A program made the position numbers and the translations under genes. Positions 10,800-21,790 of a stretch of 64,000 nucleotides of DNA are shown piece after piece. Origin of the DNA: an uncultured Aquabacterium sp. (GTDB taxonomy: Bacteria; Pseudomonadota; Gammaproteobacteria; Burkholderiales; Burkholderiaceae_C); the NCBI GenBank assembly GCA_964373965.1, contig CAYJXE010000016.1:23328-87327 (forward strand). The letters are read 5' to 3'. A model generated the notes under the pieces. It had not been told where the DNA came from, did not search any database, and saw only the letters and a list, made by a program, of their open reading frames with translations. The stretch's first letter is position 1; every line of letters starts with the position of its first letter.

Positions 10800-12194
10800 T
10801 CAGTAAGCGTTGCGGTCGAACAGCATCAACCGGATCGTCCGGATGATGATCTGCATGTCCAGGCCCAACGACCAGTTGCGCAGGTACTCCAGGTCGTACT
10901 CGACCCGCGCCTGCATCTTGTCAATGGTTTCCGTCTCTCCTCGGAAGCCGTGCACCTGGGCCCAGCCCGTGATGCCTGGTCGCACCTTGTGGCGCACCAT
11001 GTAGGCCTTGATCAGGCGCCTGTACTCTTCGTTGTGGGCCACGGCATGGGGGCGCGGCCCCACGATGCTCATGCGGCCTTGCAGCACGTTGATGAACTGC
11101 GGCAACTCATCGAGCGAGGTTTTGCGGATGAAGGCACCAAAAGGGGTGATCCGCGAATCACCCTTGGTGGCCTGCCGTACCACGGCGCCGTTGTCCTGGG
11201 TGCGCATGGAGCGGAACTTGTAGACGATGATTTCTTCGCCATCAAGCCCGTTGCGACGCTGCTTGAAGATCACCGGCCCGGGCGACGAGAGCTTCACGCC
11301 GATCGCGACGCCGGCCAACAAGGGCGAGATCAGCACCAGGATGATGCTGGCCAGGATGACGTCCGAGACGCGCTTGACGAGGTCGTTCGTGCCCGTGAAA
11401 GGCGTCTCGCAAATGCCCACGACCGGCACGCCGTTCATGTCCTGCAAGCGCCCCTGGATGATGCTGATGCCGAACACATCCGGCACGAAGTACAGCGATG
11501 CCGTCGTTCCCTGCAGCGCCTCCATCAGCTCCACAAGGCGGGGTTGCGAGCCCAGCGGCAAGGTGATGTAGACCTCGTGCACGCCATGGGCGTAGACGTA
11601 ATTGGCCACGTCGCGCAGGCCGCCCAGGCGCATGCTGCGCGCTTCAGGCAGGACGCGGCTGTCGATGCGGTCGTCGAAGTAGCCGATGAACTCGGTGCTC
11701 TGATCGAACCCGCTCTGGATGGCTCGCGCCACTTTGCCACCCAGGGGCCCGGCGCCCACCACGATGGCGCGTCGGCGAGCGCCCGGCTGGGAGCGACGAT
11801 GGCGCAGCACCACTTTGCCCGCCAGGACCGCGAACCACTGGACGATGGGGGTCACCGCCGCCCACGCCATCATGGCGTTGAAGTCGAAAAACATCAGGCT
11901 GTTGGTGGCGTAACCACACAGCCACAGGATGGCGAGCATGGACACCCAGGAGCCCAGGATGTCGATCAGCGCCTCCAGCTTGGAGACGATGAAACGGTTG
12001 CGCCCCGGGAAGGTGAGCGCAAAAACCAGCAGGCACAGGGCCATGCCGGCGCGCCCCATGGGCTCACCCGCCCAGGCCATGGCGCCAGCCAGCGTCAGCA
12101 CCGTGATGAACGGCTCCAGGAACGCCGCCACGAAGGATGTGACCGACTGTGGCGCGTTGAAGAACGTGCGGTTGTAATTGCGGTTGTTGAACAT
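10800..12194 (-). CDS. wcaJ: Undecaprenyl-phosphate glucose phosphotransferase (priming glycosyltransferase)
   Basis: N-terminal TMs, CoA-binding-like domain, KFRSM, RKTSLDELPQFINVL, MSIVGPRPH, KPGITGWAQV-type motif, DLEYLRNWSL. Confidence 0.92.
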   Translation of the reverse strand: MFNNRNYNRTFFNAPQSVTSFVAAFLEPFITVLTLAGAMAWAGEPMGRAGMALCLLVFALTFPGRNRFIVSKLEALIDILGSWVSMLAILWLCGYATNSLMFFDFNAMMAWAAVTPIVQWFAVLAGKVVLRHRRSQPGARRRAIVVGAGPLGGKVARAIQSGFDQSTEFIGYFDDRIDSRVLPEARSMRLGGLRDVANYVYAHGVHEVYITLPLGSQPRLVELMEALQGTTASLYFVPDVFGISIIQGRLQDMNGVPVVGICETPFTGTNDLVKRVSDVILASIILVLISPLLAGVAIGVKLSSPGPVIFKQRRNGLDGEEIIVYKFRSMRTQDNGAVVRQATKGDSRITPFGAFIRKTSLDELPQFINVLQGRMSIVGPRPHAVAHNEEYRRLIKAYMVRHKVRPGITGWAQVHGFRGETETIDKMQARVEYDLEYLRNWSLGLDMQIIIRTIRLMLFDRNAY

Positions 12195-12428
12195 GAAAAA
12201 CCCGGGAGGCACGACCGGACCCAGCGGGTGAGCGAGACATGCAGCGGGCGCTCCACCAGCCACCCGACCAACCTCGTCCCGGCCAGTGCAGGACAGGCCG
12301 ACGGCGCAGGCATGCCCGCACCATCTTGGTCGGGCATTGTGGATCAAAATGGATGACAGAAATCCCATCGACTTCCCCCGCCCCCCCTGGCATGCAGGGG
12401 TGTGTCGGCCGCCCCCTACAATCTCGCC

Positions 12429-12992
12429 ATGCTCCCATCCCCGATTCAGTGGCTGGCCCCGGCTGTGCTTGCCCGCCTCGTCCTCCTGCTCAACCATGTG
12501 GTCGCCAGCGAGCCCCAGGCGTCGGCCCGCCTCAAGCCTCACGCGGGCCGCGTGATCGACATCCGCTGGGCCACTGGCACCGCAGGCGTCTTGCCTGCTT
12601 TCCTGGGCCAGGTGCTCAAGGGAGACGCCACGCTGCCGCCCATCCGCCTGCTCATCACACCAGCCGGGCTGTTCGAGGCCGTCGCGGAAAACACCCCCGC
12701 TTCTGCGCTCACACCCGCGTCACCGCAAGGCCTGACGCTCACGGTTCAACTTGGCGACCCGATCGACCTGCTCAAGCGCGCCACACGTGGCGAGCGTCCC
12801 GAGGTCAACATCGAGGGCGACGCCAACCTGGCCGAAGTGGCCTCCTGGATGATGAAAAACCTGCGTTGGGACATCCAGGACGACGTCGCTCGTTTCCTGG
12901 GCAACACCCCGGCAGAAGCGCTGCGCAAGGTCGGACAAGGCATCCGCGAGGCCCTGCAGCGTTGGCGCCCAGGCAACGGCGCGCCCCGCTGA
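12429..12992 (+). CDS. ubiJ: Ubiquinone biosynthesis accessory factor, UbiJ/SCP2-like
   Basis: LLLNHVVASEPQASARLKPHAGRVI..IEGDANLA..NLRWDIQDDVARFLG; directly upstream of ubiB. Confidence 0.75.
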   Translation: MLPSPIQWLAPAVLARLVLLLNHVVASEPQASARLKPHAGRVIDIRWATGTAGVLPAFLGQVLKGDATLPPIRLLITPAGLFEAVAENTPASALTPASPQGLTLTVQLGDPIDLLKRATRGERPEVNIEGDANLAEVASWMMKNLRWDIQDDVARFLGNTPAEALRKVGQGIREALQRWRPGNGAPR

Positions 12993-13009
12993 AGCCACCT
13001 GGTTGAGCG

Positions 13010-14572
13010 ATGCGCAGCCTCTTTCGCCCGGCCTACATCGGCCTGATCTCACTCACACACGGGCTGGACATCCTGCTGCTGGGCAGCATCCGCCACAAAG
13101 GCCTGAACCGCCTGGCCAAGTTGCTGAGCCTGGGCCGTCGGCTCGAAGGCACGCGCGGCGAGCGGCTGCGCCTGGCGCTTGAAAAACTCGGCCCCATCTT
13201 CGTCAAGTTTGGCCAGATGCTGTCCACCCGGCGCGACCTGCTGCCGCCAGACGTGGCCGACGAGCTCGCCAAACTGCAAGACCGGGTGCCGCCGTTCTCC
13301 AGCGCCGAATCCGCTCGGCTGGTTGAAAAGGCGCTGGGCAAGCCGCTGTCGGCGGTGTTCAAGCAGTTCGATGCCGACCCGATCGCCAGCGCCTCCATCG
13401 CCCAGGTTCACTTCGCCGTGCTGCACGACGGGCGCGAGGTGGCCGTCAAGGTGCTGCGCCCCGGCATGCTCGACGTCATCGACGACGACCTGGCCCTGAT
13501 GCGCACCCTGGCTGGCTGGGTCGAGCGCCTTTGGGCCGATGGCAAGCGCCTCAAGCCCCGCGAGGTGGTCGCCGAGTTCGACAAGTACCTGCACGACGAG
13601 CTCGACCTGGTGCGCGAAGCCGCCAACGCCGCCCAGCTGCGGCGCAACATGCAGGGTCTCGACCTGGTGCTGGTGCCCGAGATGATCTGGGACTTCTGCA
13701 CCCCCACCGTGATGGTGATGGAGCGCATGAAGGGCGTGCCGATCAGCCAGATGACCCGCCTGCGCGAAGCCGGCGTCGACATCAGGAAGCTGGCCCGCGA
13801 CGGCGTGACCATCTTCTTCACCCAGGTCTTTCGCGACGGCTTCTTCCACGCGGACATGCACCCGGGCAACATCCAGGTCAGCCTGGATGCGCGCAGCTTC
13901 GGTCGCTACATCGCCCTCGACTTCGGCATCATCGGCACGCTGACGGAAGTTGACAAAGATTACCTGGCGCAAAACTTCATCGCGTTTTTCCATCGCGACT
14001 ACAAGCGGGTGGCCGAGCTGCACATCGAAAGCGGCTGGGTGCCGGGCAACACCCGGGTGGACGAGCTCGAAGGCGCCATCCGCACGGTGTGCGAGCCCTA
14101 CTTCGACCGCCCGCTCAAGGAAATCTCGCTGGGCCAGGTGCTGCTGCGCCTGTTCCAGATCTCGCGGCGCTTCAACGTCGAGATCCAGCCTCAGCTGGTG
14201 CTGCTGCAAAAGACGCTGCTCAACGTCGAAGGCCTGGGGCGCCAGCTCGACCCCGACCTGGACCTCTGGAGCACGGCCAAACCCTTCCTGGAGCGCTGGA
14301 TGCACGAGCAGGTGGGCTGGCGCGGCCTGGTTTCGCGCGTCAAGCGCGAGGCCCCCCGCTACGCCAAGCTCCTGCCCGAGTTGCCGCGCCTGCTGCACCA
14401 CCAACTGGCGCATGGTGACGAGGCCCTGCGCCACGACCTGCGGGCCATCTTGCTGGAGCAACGCCGCACCAACCGCATGCTGTCGGCCGTGATCTGGCTG
14501 GGCATCGGCTTCGGGCTGGGCCTGCTGGTGGCACGGCTCGTGCTGGCCTTGCACGAACACGGCATGCTGTGA
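13010..14572 (+). CDS. ubiB: Ubiquinone biosynthesis regulatory kinase
   Basis: [48 protein letters not shown]. Confidence 0.96.
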   Translation: MRSLFRPAYIGLISLTHGLDILLLGSIRHKGLNRLAKLLSLGRRLEGTRGERLRLALEKLGPIFVKFGQMLSTRRDLLPPDVADELAKLQDRVPPFSSAESARLVEKALGKPLSAVFKQFDADPIASASIAQVHFAVLHDGREVAVKVLRPGMLDVIDDDLALMRTLAGWVERLWADGKRLKPREVVAEFDKYLHDELDLVREAANAAQLRRNMQGLDLVLVPEMIWDFCTPTVMVMERMKGVPISQMTRLREAGVDIRKLARDGVTIFFTQVFRDGFFHADMHPGNIQVSLDARSFGRYIALDFGIIGTLTEVDKDYLAQNFIAFFHRDYKRVAELHIESGWVPGNTRVDELEGAIRTVCEPYFDRPLKEISLGQVLLRLFQISRRFNVEIQPQLVLLQKTLLNVEGLGRQLDPDLDLWSTAKPFLERWMHEQVGWRGLVSRVKREAPRYAKLLPELPRLLHHQLAHGDEALRHDLRAILLEQRRTNRMLSAVIWLGIGFGLGLLVARLVLALHEHGML

Positions 14573-14768
14573 AACCCGGCCGGCACCCCGCGTGAACCGA
14601 ACGCCCCCGGATTCGAGGGAAGCGACCGGGCAACGCGCTCCCGCCACCGGCCGACACCCCGCCAGCGTCTAAACTCCGCCCCCTGATGCCCCACCCGGGC
14701 ACGCCTGTGCGTCACCTGGGTGCCCCTTTGCGTTCTTCGGCCTGATTGTTGGAAAGGTGCTGCCGAAC

Positions 14769-16217
14769 ATGAACACCACGTTGCTCGTTTTCGTGATCCT
14801 GTACCTGGTGGGCACCATGGCCCTGGGGATGTACGCGGGCACGCGCATCAAGAGCACCGCCGACTTCGCCATCGCCGGCCGCAGCCTGCCGCTGGCCATG
14901 GTGATCACCACCACCTTCGCGACCTGGTTCGGCGCGGAAACGGTGATGGGCATCCCGGCCAAGTTCGTCGAGGGCGGGCTGAACGCCGTGATCGAAGACC
15001 CCTTCGGCGCGTCGATGTGCCTGGTGCTGGTGGGCGCTTTCTTCGCGAGCCGGCTCTACAAGATGAGCCTGCTGACCATTGGCGACTTCTACCGCCACCG
15101 CTACGGCAAGGGCGTCGAGATCTTCTGTTCGGTCGCCATCATCCTGAGCTACCTCGGATGGGTCGCCGCCCAGATCACGGCCCTGGGCCTGGTCTTCGCC
15201 GTGCTGTCGGGCGGGGCCATCAGCCCCGAGCTGGGCATGGTCATCGGCACGGCGCTGGTGCTGGTCTACGTGATGGTCGGCGGCATGCTGGCCGTGGCCT
15301 GGACCGACTTCGTGCAGATGGTGGTGCTCGTCATCGGCCTGTCCTTCATCGCCTGGCTGGCGGCCGAGCAGGCCGGTGGCGCCGGTCAGGTCATCGCGCT
15401 GGCCGAGCAGCAGAACTGGTTCAAGATCCTGCCCGAGCACACGGCCCACGGCTGGACGTGGTTCATCGCCGCGGCCATCACCATGATGTTCGGCTCGATC
15501 CCCCAGCAGGACGTCTTCCAGCGCGTGATGTCGGCCAAGGACAGCGACACGGCCCGCAAGGGCGCCATCATCGGCGGCTTCAGCTACCTGGCCTTCGCCT
15601 TCGTGCCGATGTTCATCGTCGCCTCGGCGCTGATCATCATGCCCGCCGAGACCAAGGAGCTGCTGGCCAACGACCCGCAGAAGGTGCTGCCCACCCTCAT
15701 CCTCAGCAAGATGCCCCTGATCGCGCAGATCTTCTTCTTCGGCGCGCTGGTCTCGGCCATCAAGTCGACCTCTTCGGCCACGCTGCTGGCGCCTTCGACC
15801 AGCTTCGTCGAGAACATCCTCAAGAACATCCACCCCGGCATGAGCGACCGCCAGGTGCTGCTGTCCATGCGCATCACGCTGTTCGTGTTCACCGCGCTGG
15901 TGCTGACCTACGCCATCGTCATGCAGGGCACCGCCATCTACGACCTGGTGTCGGCGGCCTACCAGATCCCGCTGGTCGGGGCGTTCGTGCCGCTGCTGTT
16001 CGGCCTGTACTGGTCGCGCGCCACCACGCAGGGCGCCGTCCTGTCGATCCTGCTGGGCATCGGCACGCTGGCGCTGTTCACCTTCGACGCCAGGTTGGGC
16101 GAGGCCTTCCCAGGCCAGCTCGCCGGCTTGGTCATGGCCCTGGGCGGCATGCTGGTGGGCTCGCTCATGCCCCAGCTCATCGGCGACCACCGCGCCCGCC
16201 AGGCCAGCCTGGCCTGA
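14769..16217 (+). CDS. Sodium:solute symporter family (SSS/SLC5) transporter
   Basis: About 13 TM segments, DFAIAGRSLP, ATWFGAE, GGMLAVAWTDFVQM, SIPQQDVFQRVMSAK. Confidence 0.88.
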   Translation: MNTTLLVFVILYLVGTMALGMYAGTRIKSTADFAIAGRSLPLAMVITTTFATWFGAETVMGIPAKFVEGGLNAVIEDPFGASMCLVLVGAFFASRLYKMSLLTIGDFYRHRYGKGVEIFCSVAIILSYLGWVAAQITALGLVFAVLSGGAISPELGMVIGTALVLVYVMVGGMLAVAWTDFVQMVVLVIGLSFIAWLAAEQAGGAGQVIALAEQQNWFKILPEHTAHGWTWFIAAAITMMFGSIPQQDVFQRVMSAKDSDTARKGAIIGGFSYLAFAFVPMFIVASALIIMPAETKELLANDPQKVLPTLILSKMPLIAQIFFFGALVSAIKSTSSATLLAPSTSFVENILKNIHPGMSDRQVLLSMRITLFVFTALVLTYAIVMQGTAIYDLVSAAYQIPLVGAFVPLLFGLYWSRATTQGAVLSILLGIGTLALFTFDARLGEAFPGQLAGLVMALGGMLVGSLMPQLIGDHRARQASLA

Positions 16218-16310
16218 GCGCCACGACCTGGCGCAACGCTTGCTGGCCTTGAAGACAGGCCAGCACCACCCCATTTACAATCCCGTCCAGGGATTACCCG
16301 AGGTTTCACC

Positions 16311-16649
16311 ATGCCCATCTACGCTTACCGCTGTGGCGCCTGCGGCCACGCCAAGGACGTTCTGCAAAAGATGTCCGACTCCCCCCTGACCACCTGCCCG
16401 GCCTGCGGCGCCGAGGCCTTCAGCAAGCAGGTGACGGCAGCGGGCTTCCAGCTCAAGGGGTCGGGCTGGTACGCCACCGACTTCCGGGGTGGCTCGGGCG
16501 GCGCCGGCGCCGCTGCTGCGGGCACCGCCGCCAGCGCGGGCACCGGCACGGTTTCGGCCACCGACAGTGGCTCGTCCAGCACGGCCGCCAGCGGCAGCGA
16601 CAGCAGCGCCGCAGCGGGTGGCTGCGGCACCTCCTGCGCCTGCCACTGA
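16311..16649 (+). CDS. FmdB family zinc-ribbon regulatory protein
   Basis: MPIYAYRCGACGH..CPACG..FQLKGSGWYATDF plus a low-complexity tail. Confidence 0.9.
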   Translation: MPIYAYRCGACGHAKDVLQKMSDSPLTTCPACGAEAFSKQVTAAGFQLKGSGWYATDFRGGSGGAGAAAAGTAASAGTGTVSATDSGSSSTAASGSDSSAAAGGCGTSCACH

Positions 16650-16804
16650 GCCCCCTCCCGAGCCCGCCAACGAGCCCGACTTTGCGCCCAAGGCGCCCAC
16701 ACCGGCCGTGTCACGGGCTGGTTGGGCGCCTTCCCGTATAGTGATCGATTCCGCTCGGCGCCCGGCCTGGCGCCCCTCCAGCCCCTCCCCGTCCCCTTCA
16801 CCGC

Positions 16805-17482
16805 GTGAAAAAATACATCCTGACCGGCCTGCTCGTGTGGCTGCCCCTGGCCATCACCATCTGGGTGCTGACGAACGTCATCGGCGCCCTCGATGGCGTC
16901 TTCAGCTGGTTCATGACGGCGGCCCGCACCGTGCTGCCCGTCAGCCTGCACCCTTTCCTGCAGGAGCTGCGCGAAATCCCCGGGCTGAGCGTGATCGTCG
17001 TCGTCTCCACGCTGCTGCTGACGGGCATGGCCGTCTCCAACATGGTGGGTCAATGGCTGCTGAACCAGTACAACCGGCTGCTCTCGAACACACCCATCGT
17101 CAAAAGCATCTACACCTCGGTCAAGCAGGTGTCGGACACGCTGTTTTCCAGCAGCGGCCAGGCCTTCCGCGAGGCGGTGCTGGTGCAGTACCCGCGCGAA
17201 GGCGCCTGGACGATCGCCTTCGTCACGGGCAAGCCCGCGGGCGAGGTGGCGGGTCAGTTGCCCGCAGACATGGTCACGCTCTACGTGCCCACCACGCCCA
17301 ACCCGACCTCGGGTTTCATGTTGATGGTGCCTCGCGCAGAGGTCCATCCGCTGCGGATGTCGGTTGACGAGGCGCTGAAGTACATCATCTCCATGGGCGT
17401 GGTGACGCCACCGCCGCCGCCCCCGGTGCCACCCTCCGTGTCGGCCACGGGCACGCCCCCGCCGACGGCACCCCAATCCTGA
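16805..17482 (+). CDS. DUF502 family membrane protein
   Basis: [51 protein letters not shown]. Confidence 0.9.
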   Translation: MKKYILTGLLVWLPLAITIWVLTNVIGALDGVFSWFMTAARTVLPVSLHPFLQELREIPGLSVIVVVSTLLLTGMAVSNMVGQWLLNQYNRLLSNTPIVKSIYTSVKQVSDTLFSSSGQAFREAVLVQYPREGAWTIAFVTGKPAGEVAGQLPADMVTLYVPTTPNPTSGFMLMVPRAEVHPLRMSVDEALKYIISMGVVTPPPPPPVPPSVSATGTPPPTAPQS

Positions 17483-17564
17483 ACGACAATCATGGGCTCG
17501 GGGCTCGCCTGACGCTCGGCGCGCCCGACCCGAATTTTTCCGTCCCCTCTCGGAGCAAACAACA

Positions 17565-19376
17565 ATGCGCACCACTTACTGTGGTCTGGTCAGCGAAGCG
17601 CTGATGGGCCAGACCGTGACGCTGATGGGCTGGGCCCACCGTCGCCGCGACCACGGCGGCGTGATCTTCATCGACCTGCGTGACCGCGAAGGCCTGGTTC
17701 AGGTCGTGTTCGACCCCGACCGTGCCGACTCGTTCAAGATCGCCGAAGACGTGCGTGGCGAGTTCTGCCTGAAGGTCACCGGCGTCGTGCGCGCCCGCCC
17801 CGCCGGCACCGAAAATGCAGGTCTCACCAGCGGCAAGATCGAGGTCCTGGGCCACACCCTGGAGGTGCTCAACGCCTCGGTCACGCCCCCGTTCCAGATC
17901 GACGACGAGAACCTGTCGGAGACGACGCGCCTGACGCACCGCGTGCTGGACCTGCGTCGCCCCTACATGCAAAAGAACCTGATGCTGCGCTACCGCGTGG
18001 CCATGGAAGCGCGCAAGTTCCTGGACGAGCACGGCTTCGTCGACATCGAGACCCCGATGCTGACCAAGTCCACGCCCGAAGGCGCACGCGACTACCTGGT
18101 GCCTTCGCGTGTCCATGACGGTCAGTTCTTTGCGCTGCCCCAGTCGCCCCAGCTCTTCAAGCAGCTCTTGATGGTGGCGGGCTTCGACCGCTACTACCAG
18201 ATCACCAAGTGCTTCCGCGACGAAGACCTGCGCGCCGACCGCCAGCCCGAATTCACCCAGATCGACATTGAAACGAGCTTCCTGACCGAGCAGGAAATCC
18301 GTGACATGTTCGAAGGCATGATCCGCCATGTCTTCATGAAGGCGCTGAACGTGGACCTGGGTGCCTACCCGGTCATGAAGTACGCCGACGCCATGCACCG
18401 CTTCGGCTCGGACAAGCCCGACCTGCGCGTCAAGCTCGAATTCACCGAGCTGACCGACGTGATGGCCGACGTGGACTTCAAGGTCTTCTCGACCCCGGCC
18501 ACGACCAAGGGCGGCCGCGTGGTGGCCCTGTGCGTGCCCGGTGGCGGCACCATGAGCCGTGGTGAGATCGACGCCTACACCGAGTTCGTCAAGATTTACG
18601 GCGCCAAGGGCCTGGCCTGGATCAAGGTCAACGAGGTCGCCAAGGGCCGTGACGGTTTGCAGTCGCCCATCGTCAAGAACCTGCACGACGCCGCGATCGC
18701 CAAGATCCTGGAGCGCACAGGCGCCAAGGACGGCGACCTGATCTTCTTCGGTGCCGACAAGGAAAAGGTCGTCAACGACGCCATCGGCGCGCTGCGCCTG
18801 AAGGTCGGTCACTCCGACTTCGGCAAGAAGGCCGGCCTGTTCGAAGATCGCTGGGCCCCGCTGTGGGTGGTCGACTTCCCGATGTTCGAGTACGACGACG
18901 AGTCCGAGCGCTGGAACGCCGTGCACCACCCCTTCACCGCCCCCAAGGACGGCCACGAAGACTACATGGACACGGACCCGGGCAAGTGCATCGCCAAGGC
19001 CTACGACATGGTGCTCAATGGCTGGGAACTGGGTGGCGGCTCGATCCGCATCCACCGCGCCGAAGTGCAGTCCAAGGTCTTCAAGGCCCTGAACATCACC
19101 GACGAAGACGCCAAGGTCAAGTTCGGCTTCCTGCTGGATGCGCTGCAATACGGCGCGCCCCCGCACGGTGGCCTGGCCTTCGGTCTGGACCGCCTGGTCA
19201 CGCTGATGACCAAGGCCGAGTCCATCCGCGACGTGATCGCCTTCCCCAAGACGCAGCGCGCCCAGTGCCTGCTCACCGGCGCCCCGTCGAACGTGGACGA
19301 AAAGCAGCTGCGCGAGCTGCACATCCGCCTGCGCAACGCACAGGCCGCGCAAGCTGGCCAGGCCCCGGCTGCCTGA
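17565..19376 (+). CDS. aspS: Aspartate--tRNA ligase
   Basis: [77 protein letters not shown]. Confidence 0.98.
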   Translation: MRTTYCGLVSEALMGQTVTLMGWAHRRRDHGGVIFIDLRDREGLVQVVFDPDRADSFKIAEDVRGEFCLKVTGVVRARPAGTENAGLTSGKIEVLGHTLEVLNASVTPPFQIDDENLSETTRLTHRVLDLRRPYMQKNLMLRYRVAMEARKFLDEHGFVDIETPMLTKSTPEGARDYLVPSRVHDGQFFALPQSPQLFKQLLMVAGFDRYYQITKCFRDEDLRADRQPEFTQIDIETSFLTEQEIRDMFEGMIRHVFMKALNVDLGAYPVMKYADAMHRFGSDKPDLRVKLEFTELTDVMADVDFKVFSTPATTKGGRVVALCVPGGGTMSRGEIDAYTEFVKIYGAKGLAWIKVNEVAKGRDGLQSPIVKNLHDAAIAKILERTGAKDGDLIFFGADKEKVVNDAIGALRLKVGHSDFGKKAGLFEDRWAPLWVVDFPMFEYDDESERWNAVHHPFTAPKDGHEDYMDTDPGKCIAKAYDMVLNGWELGGGSIRIHRAEVQSKVFKALNITDEDAKVKFGFLLDALQYGAPPHGGLAFGLDRLVTLMTKAESIRDVIAFPKTQRAQCLLTGAPSNVDEKQLRELHIRLRNAQAAQAGQAPAA

Positions 19377-19399
19377 CCTGACTGCTCGGTAAACTCTCG

Positions 19400-19433
19400 G
19401 GGCCATCCTGTGCAAGGGTGGCCCTTTTTCTTT
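19400..19433 (+). terminator. Intrinsic terminator after aspS
   Basis: GGGCCATCCT-GTGCA-AGGGTGGCCC followed by TTTTTCTTT. Confidence 0.75.
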
Positions 19434-19593
19434 ATGGCACCGCCCTTTGCAACGGTGCCTGCAGCGGTGCCCGCAACAGCGTTTTGCGGCCTCGCTTTGT
19501 CGCCACCTGGCAGCACCTGCCCCCTTGCACCTGCCGCACACTCGCACCGCGGCGTGCTCAAGCAGACCCAACACATTCACACAGGAGCCCCCC

Positions 19594-20418
19594 ATGTCCC
19601 CCACCCGCCTTGCCACCTGCTTGATGCCCCTTTGCCTGCTGGCGCTGAGCGCCTGCAAAGACGCCAAGCCGCCCCAAGCCTCGACCGAGCTGGGCCAGGG
19701 CAGTTCCGTGGTGACGGGCTCGGCGGGCCCCAAAGGTGCGCAAGGCGCCGACAGCGGCCTGGTGACCTGCGCGGCCCCCGTGGCCACCCTGGCCCTGGCC
19801 GAGAACCCAGATGGCTACACGATGCGCAGCAGCTACCAGCTGCCGCCCTCGCCCGTGCCCCTGATCAAGCTGATCGCCCAGCAAAGCGGGTGCTTCCGCG
19901 TGGTGGACCGCGCCGCAGGGCTGCGCAGCACCATCCAGGAAAACGAGCTCAAGGAAGCCGGCATCGTCCGCTCCAACAGCACCGTCAGCAAGGGCAAGGG
20001 TTACGAAGCCCAGTTCACGCTCACGCCAAGCCTGACCTTCAGCGAAGAGGACGCCGGCCGCGGCCTGGTCGGCATCGTCGGCTCGATCCCGGTGCTGCGC
20101 GACATCGCCGGCCTGGTGGGCCTGCTCGAGCAGGTCAAGCTCAAGGAGGCCCAGGTGGCCCTGCTGCTGACCGACAACGAGACCACGGAGCAGCTGGCTG
20201 CGGCCACCGGCTCGGCGCGCAGCACCGACCTGGGCCTGGGAGGCCTGGTGGCGGGTCGCGCGGGCGGACTTGGGGGCATCGGCTGGAGCAACACCAACGA
20301 GGGCAAGGTGATCGCCGCGGCCTTCTACGACGCCCACAACAAGCTCGTCAACCAGGTCCAGGCCTTGCAGGCTCGCCAACTGCCTCCCCCTGTGGCCACC
20401 AACAACCGACCTCAATGA
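19594..20418 (+). CDS. CsgG/HfaB-like lipoprotein
   Basis: Lipobox LLALSA-C; LIKLIAQQSGCFRVVDR and GIGWSNTNEGKVIAAAFYDAHNKLV resemble the CsgG/HfaB fold family; AGGAG Shine-Dalgarno upstream. Confidence 0.6.
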   Translation: MSPTRLATCLMPLCLLALSACKDAKPPQASTELGQGSSVVTGSAGPKGAQGADSGLVTCAAPVATLALAENPDGYTMRSSYQLPPSPVPLIKLIAQQSGCFRVVDRAAGLRSTIQENELKEAGIVRSNSTVSKGKGYEAQFTLTPSLTFSEEDAGRGLVGIVGSIPVLRDIAGLVGLLEQVKLKEAQVALLLTDNETTEQLAAATGSARSTDLGLGGLVAGRAGGLGGIGWSNTNEGKVIAAAFYDAHNKLVNQVQALQARQLPPPVATNNRPQ

Positions 20419-20891
20419 GCCAGGAACCCGTCCACAAAATACCGCAGTCCGTGCTGGTGGTGATCCACTCACCCGAACTGGATGTTTTGCTCATCGAGCG
20501 CGCCAAGCAACCTGGCTTCTGGCAGAGCGTGACCGGATCGAAAGACCACCTGGACGAGGACTGGGCGCTGACCGCCATCCGCGAGGTGGCCGAAGAAACC
20601 GGCATCGTCGTCGGCTCGCCCCAAGTGCCCGCCTCGGCCTTGCGAGACTGGGCGCTGGAGAACATCTACGAGATCTACCCCGTCTGGCGCCACCGATACG
20701 CGCCGGGGGTGACGCACAACACCGAGAGAGTCTTCAGCCTGCAGGTGCCGCGAGAGATCCCCATCACGCTGGCGCCCCGCGAGCACACGCAGCACGCCTG
20801 GCTGCCATGGCGGGAGGCGGCCGATCGTTGCTTCTCGCCTTCCAACGCCGAGGCCATCCTGATGCTGCCCAAGCAGTTGGAAAACCGATGA
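20415..20891 (+). CDS. nudB: Dihydroneopterin triphosphate diphosphatase (Nudix)
   Basis: KIPQSVLVVIH, FWQSVTGS, Nudix box AIREVAEETG, RYAPGVTHNTE. ATGA overlap with the upstream gene. Confidence 0.93.
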   Translation: MSQEPVHKIPQSVLVVIHSPELDVLLIERAKQPGFWQSVTGSKDHLDEDWALTAIREVAEETGIVVGSPQVPASALRDWALENIYEIYPVWRHRYAPGVTHNTERVFSLQVPREIPITLAPREHTQHAWLPWREAADRCFSPSNAEAILMLPKQLENR

Positions 20892-20977
20892 AAACTGAGG
20901 GGAACTCGCCCCTTGATGCGCGGCGTGGACCACCCCACTTCGGGTAAGGTTGAATCCTCGCACCTTGCTTCACGACC

Positions 20978-21787
20978 GTGCTCAACCCGCTTCAGTCCTC
21001 GCTGCTGCCACCGTCGACCCTGGGCGCTTCCTGCCTGCGCGTGGCAACCTACAACATCCACAAGGGCGTGCGCGGCATGGGCCCGTCCAAGCGCCTGGAG
21101 ATCCACAACCTGGGCCTGGCGGTCGAGGCCATGGACGCCGACATCGTCTGCCTGCAAGAGGTCCGGCGCTTCAACGAACAAGAGGCACGGACATTTTCGC
21201 GCACGCAGTTCGGGCCCATGGCCTGGCCCGCCGAGCCGCAGGCCGACTACCTGGCACCCGAAGGCTACGAAGTGGCCTACCGCACCAACGCCTTCACGCG
21301 CGGCGGCGAGCATGGCAACGCGCTGCTGGCGCGCTGGCCCATCGGCGACATCGGGCACCACGACGTGTCCGACCACCGCTTCGAGCAACGCGGGCTGCTG
21401 CACGTGCCGGTGCAGTGGCGAGGCATCGAGGTGCACGTGGTGGTGGTGCACCTGGGCCTGATCCACGCCAGCCGGCTGAGGCAGGCCGAGCGACTGGCCC
21501 GACTGGTGCATGAATCGTTGCCGGCCAACGCGCCAGTGGTGATCGCGGGTGACTTCAACGACTGGAGCGAGAAGCTGGACCCAGTCTTCACCGACGCTGG
21601 CCTGGTTCGCGCCTGCACCGCCGACGTGGCGCGCGTGCCCACCTTCCCCTCGATCGTGCCGGTGCTGTCGCTTGACCGGGTCTACACGCGGGGGCTGCGC
21701 TGCACCTCGGTGATGGTGCCCCGTGGTGGTACTTGGGCGAGGCTGTCGGACCACCTGCCCCTGGTGGTCGAACTCGAGTTGGGCTGA
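20978..21787 (+). CDS. Endonuclease/exonuclease/phosphatase family protein (YbhP-like)
   Basis: ATYNIHKG, DIVCLQEV, HGNALL, AGDFNDW, LDRVY, SDHLP; upstream of clsB as in ybhP-ybhO. Confidence 0.88.
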   Translation: MLNPLQSSLLPPSTLGASCLRVATYNIHKGVRGMGPSKRLEIHNLGLAVEAMDADIVCLQEVRRFNEQEARTFSRTQFGPMAWPAEPQADYLAPEGYEVAYRTNAFTRGGEHGNALLARWPIGDIGHHDVSDHRFEQRGLLHVPVQWRGIEVHVVVVHLGLIHASRLRQAERLARLVHESLPANAPVVIAGDFNDWSEKLDPVFTDAGLVRACTADVARVPTFPSIVPVLSLDRVYTRGLRCTSVMVPRGGTWARLSDHLPLVVELELG

Positions 21788-21790
21788 GCG

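Noticed and set aside
17490-19787. 765-aa minus-strand ORF
   Set aside because: Antisense shadow of aspS.
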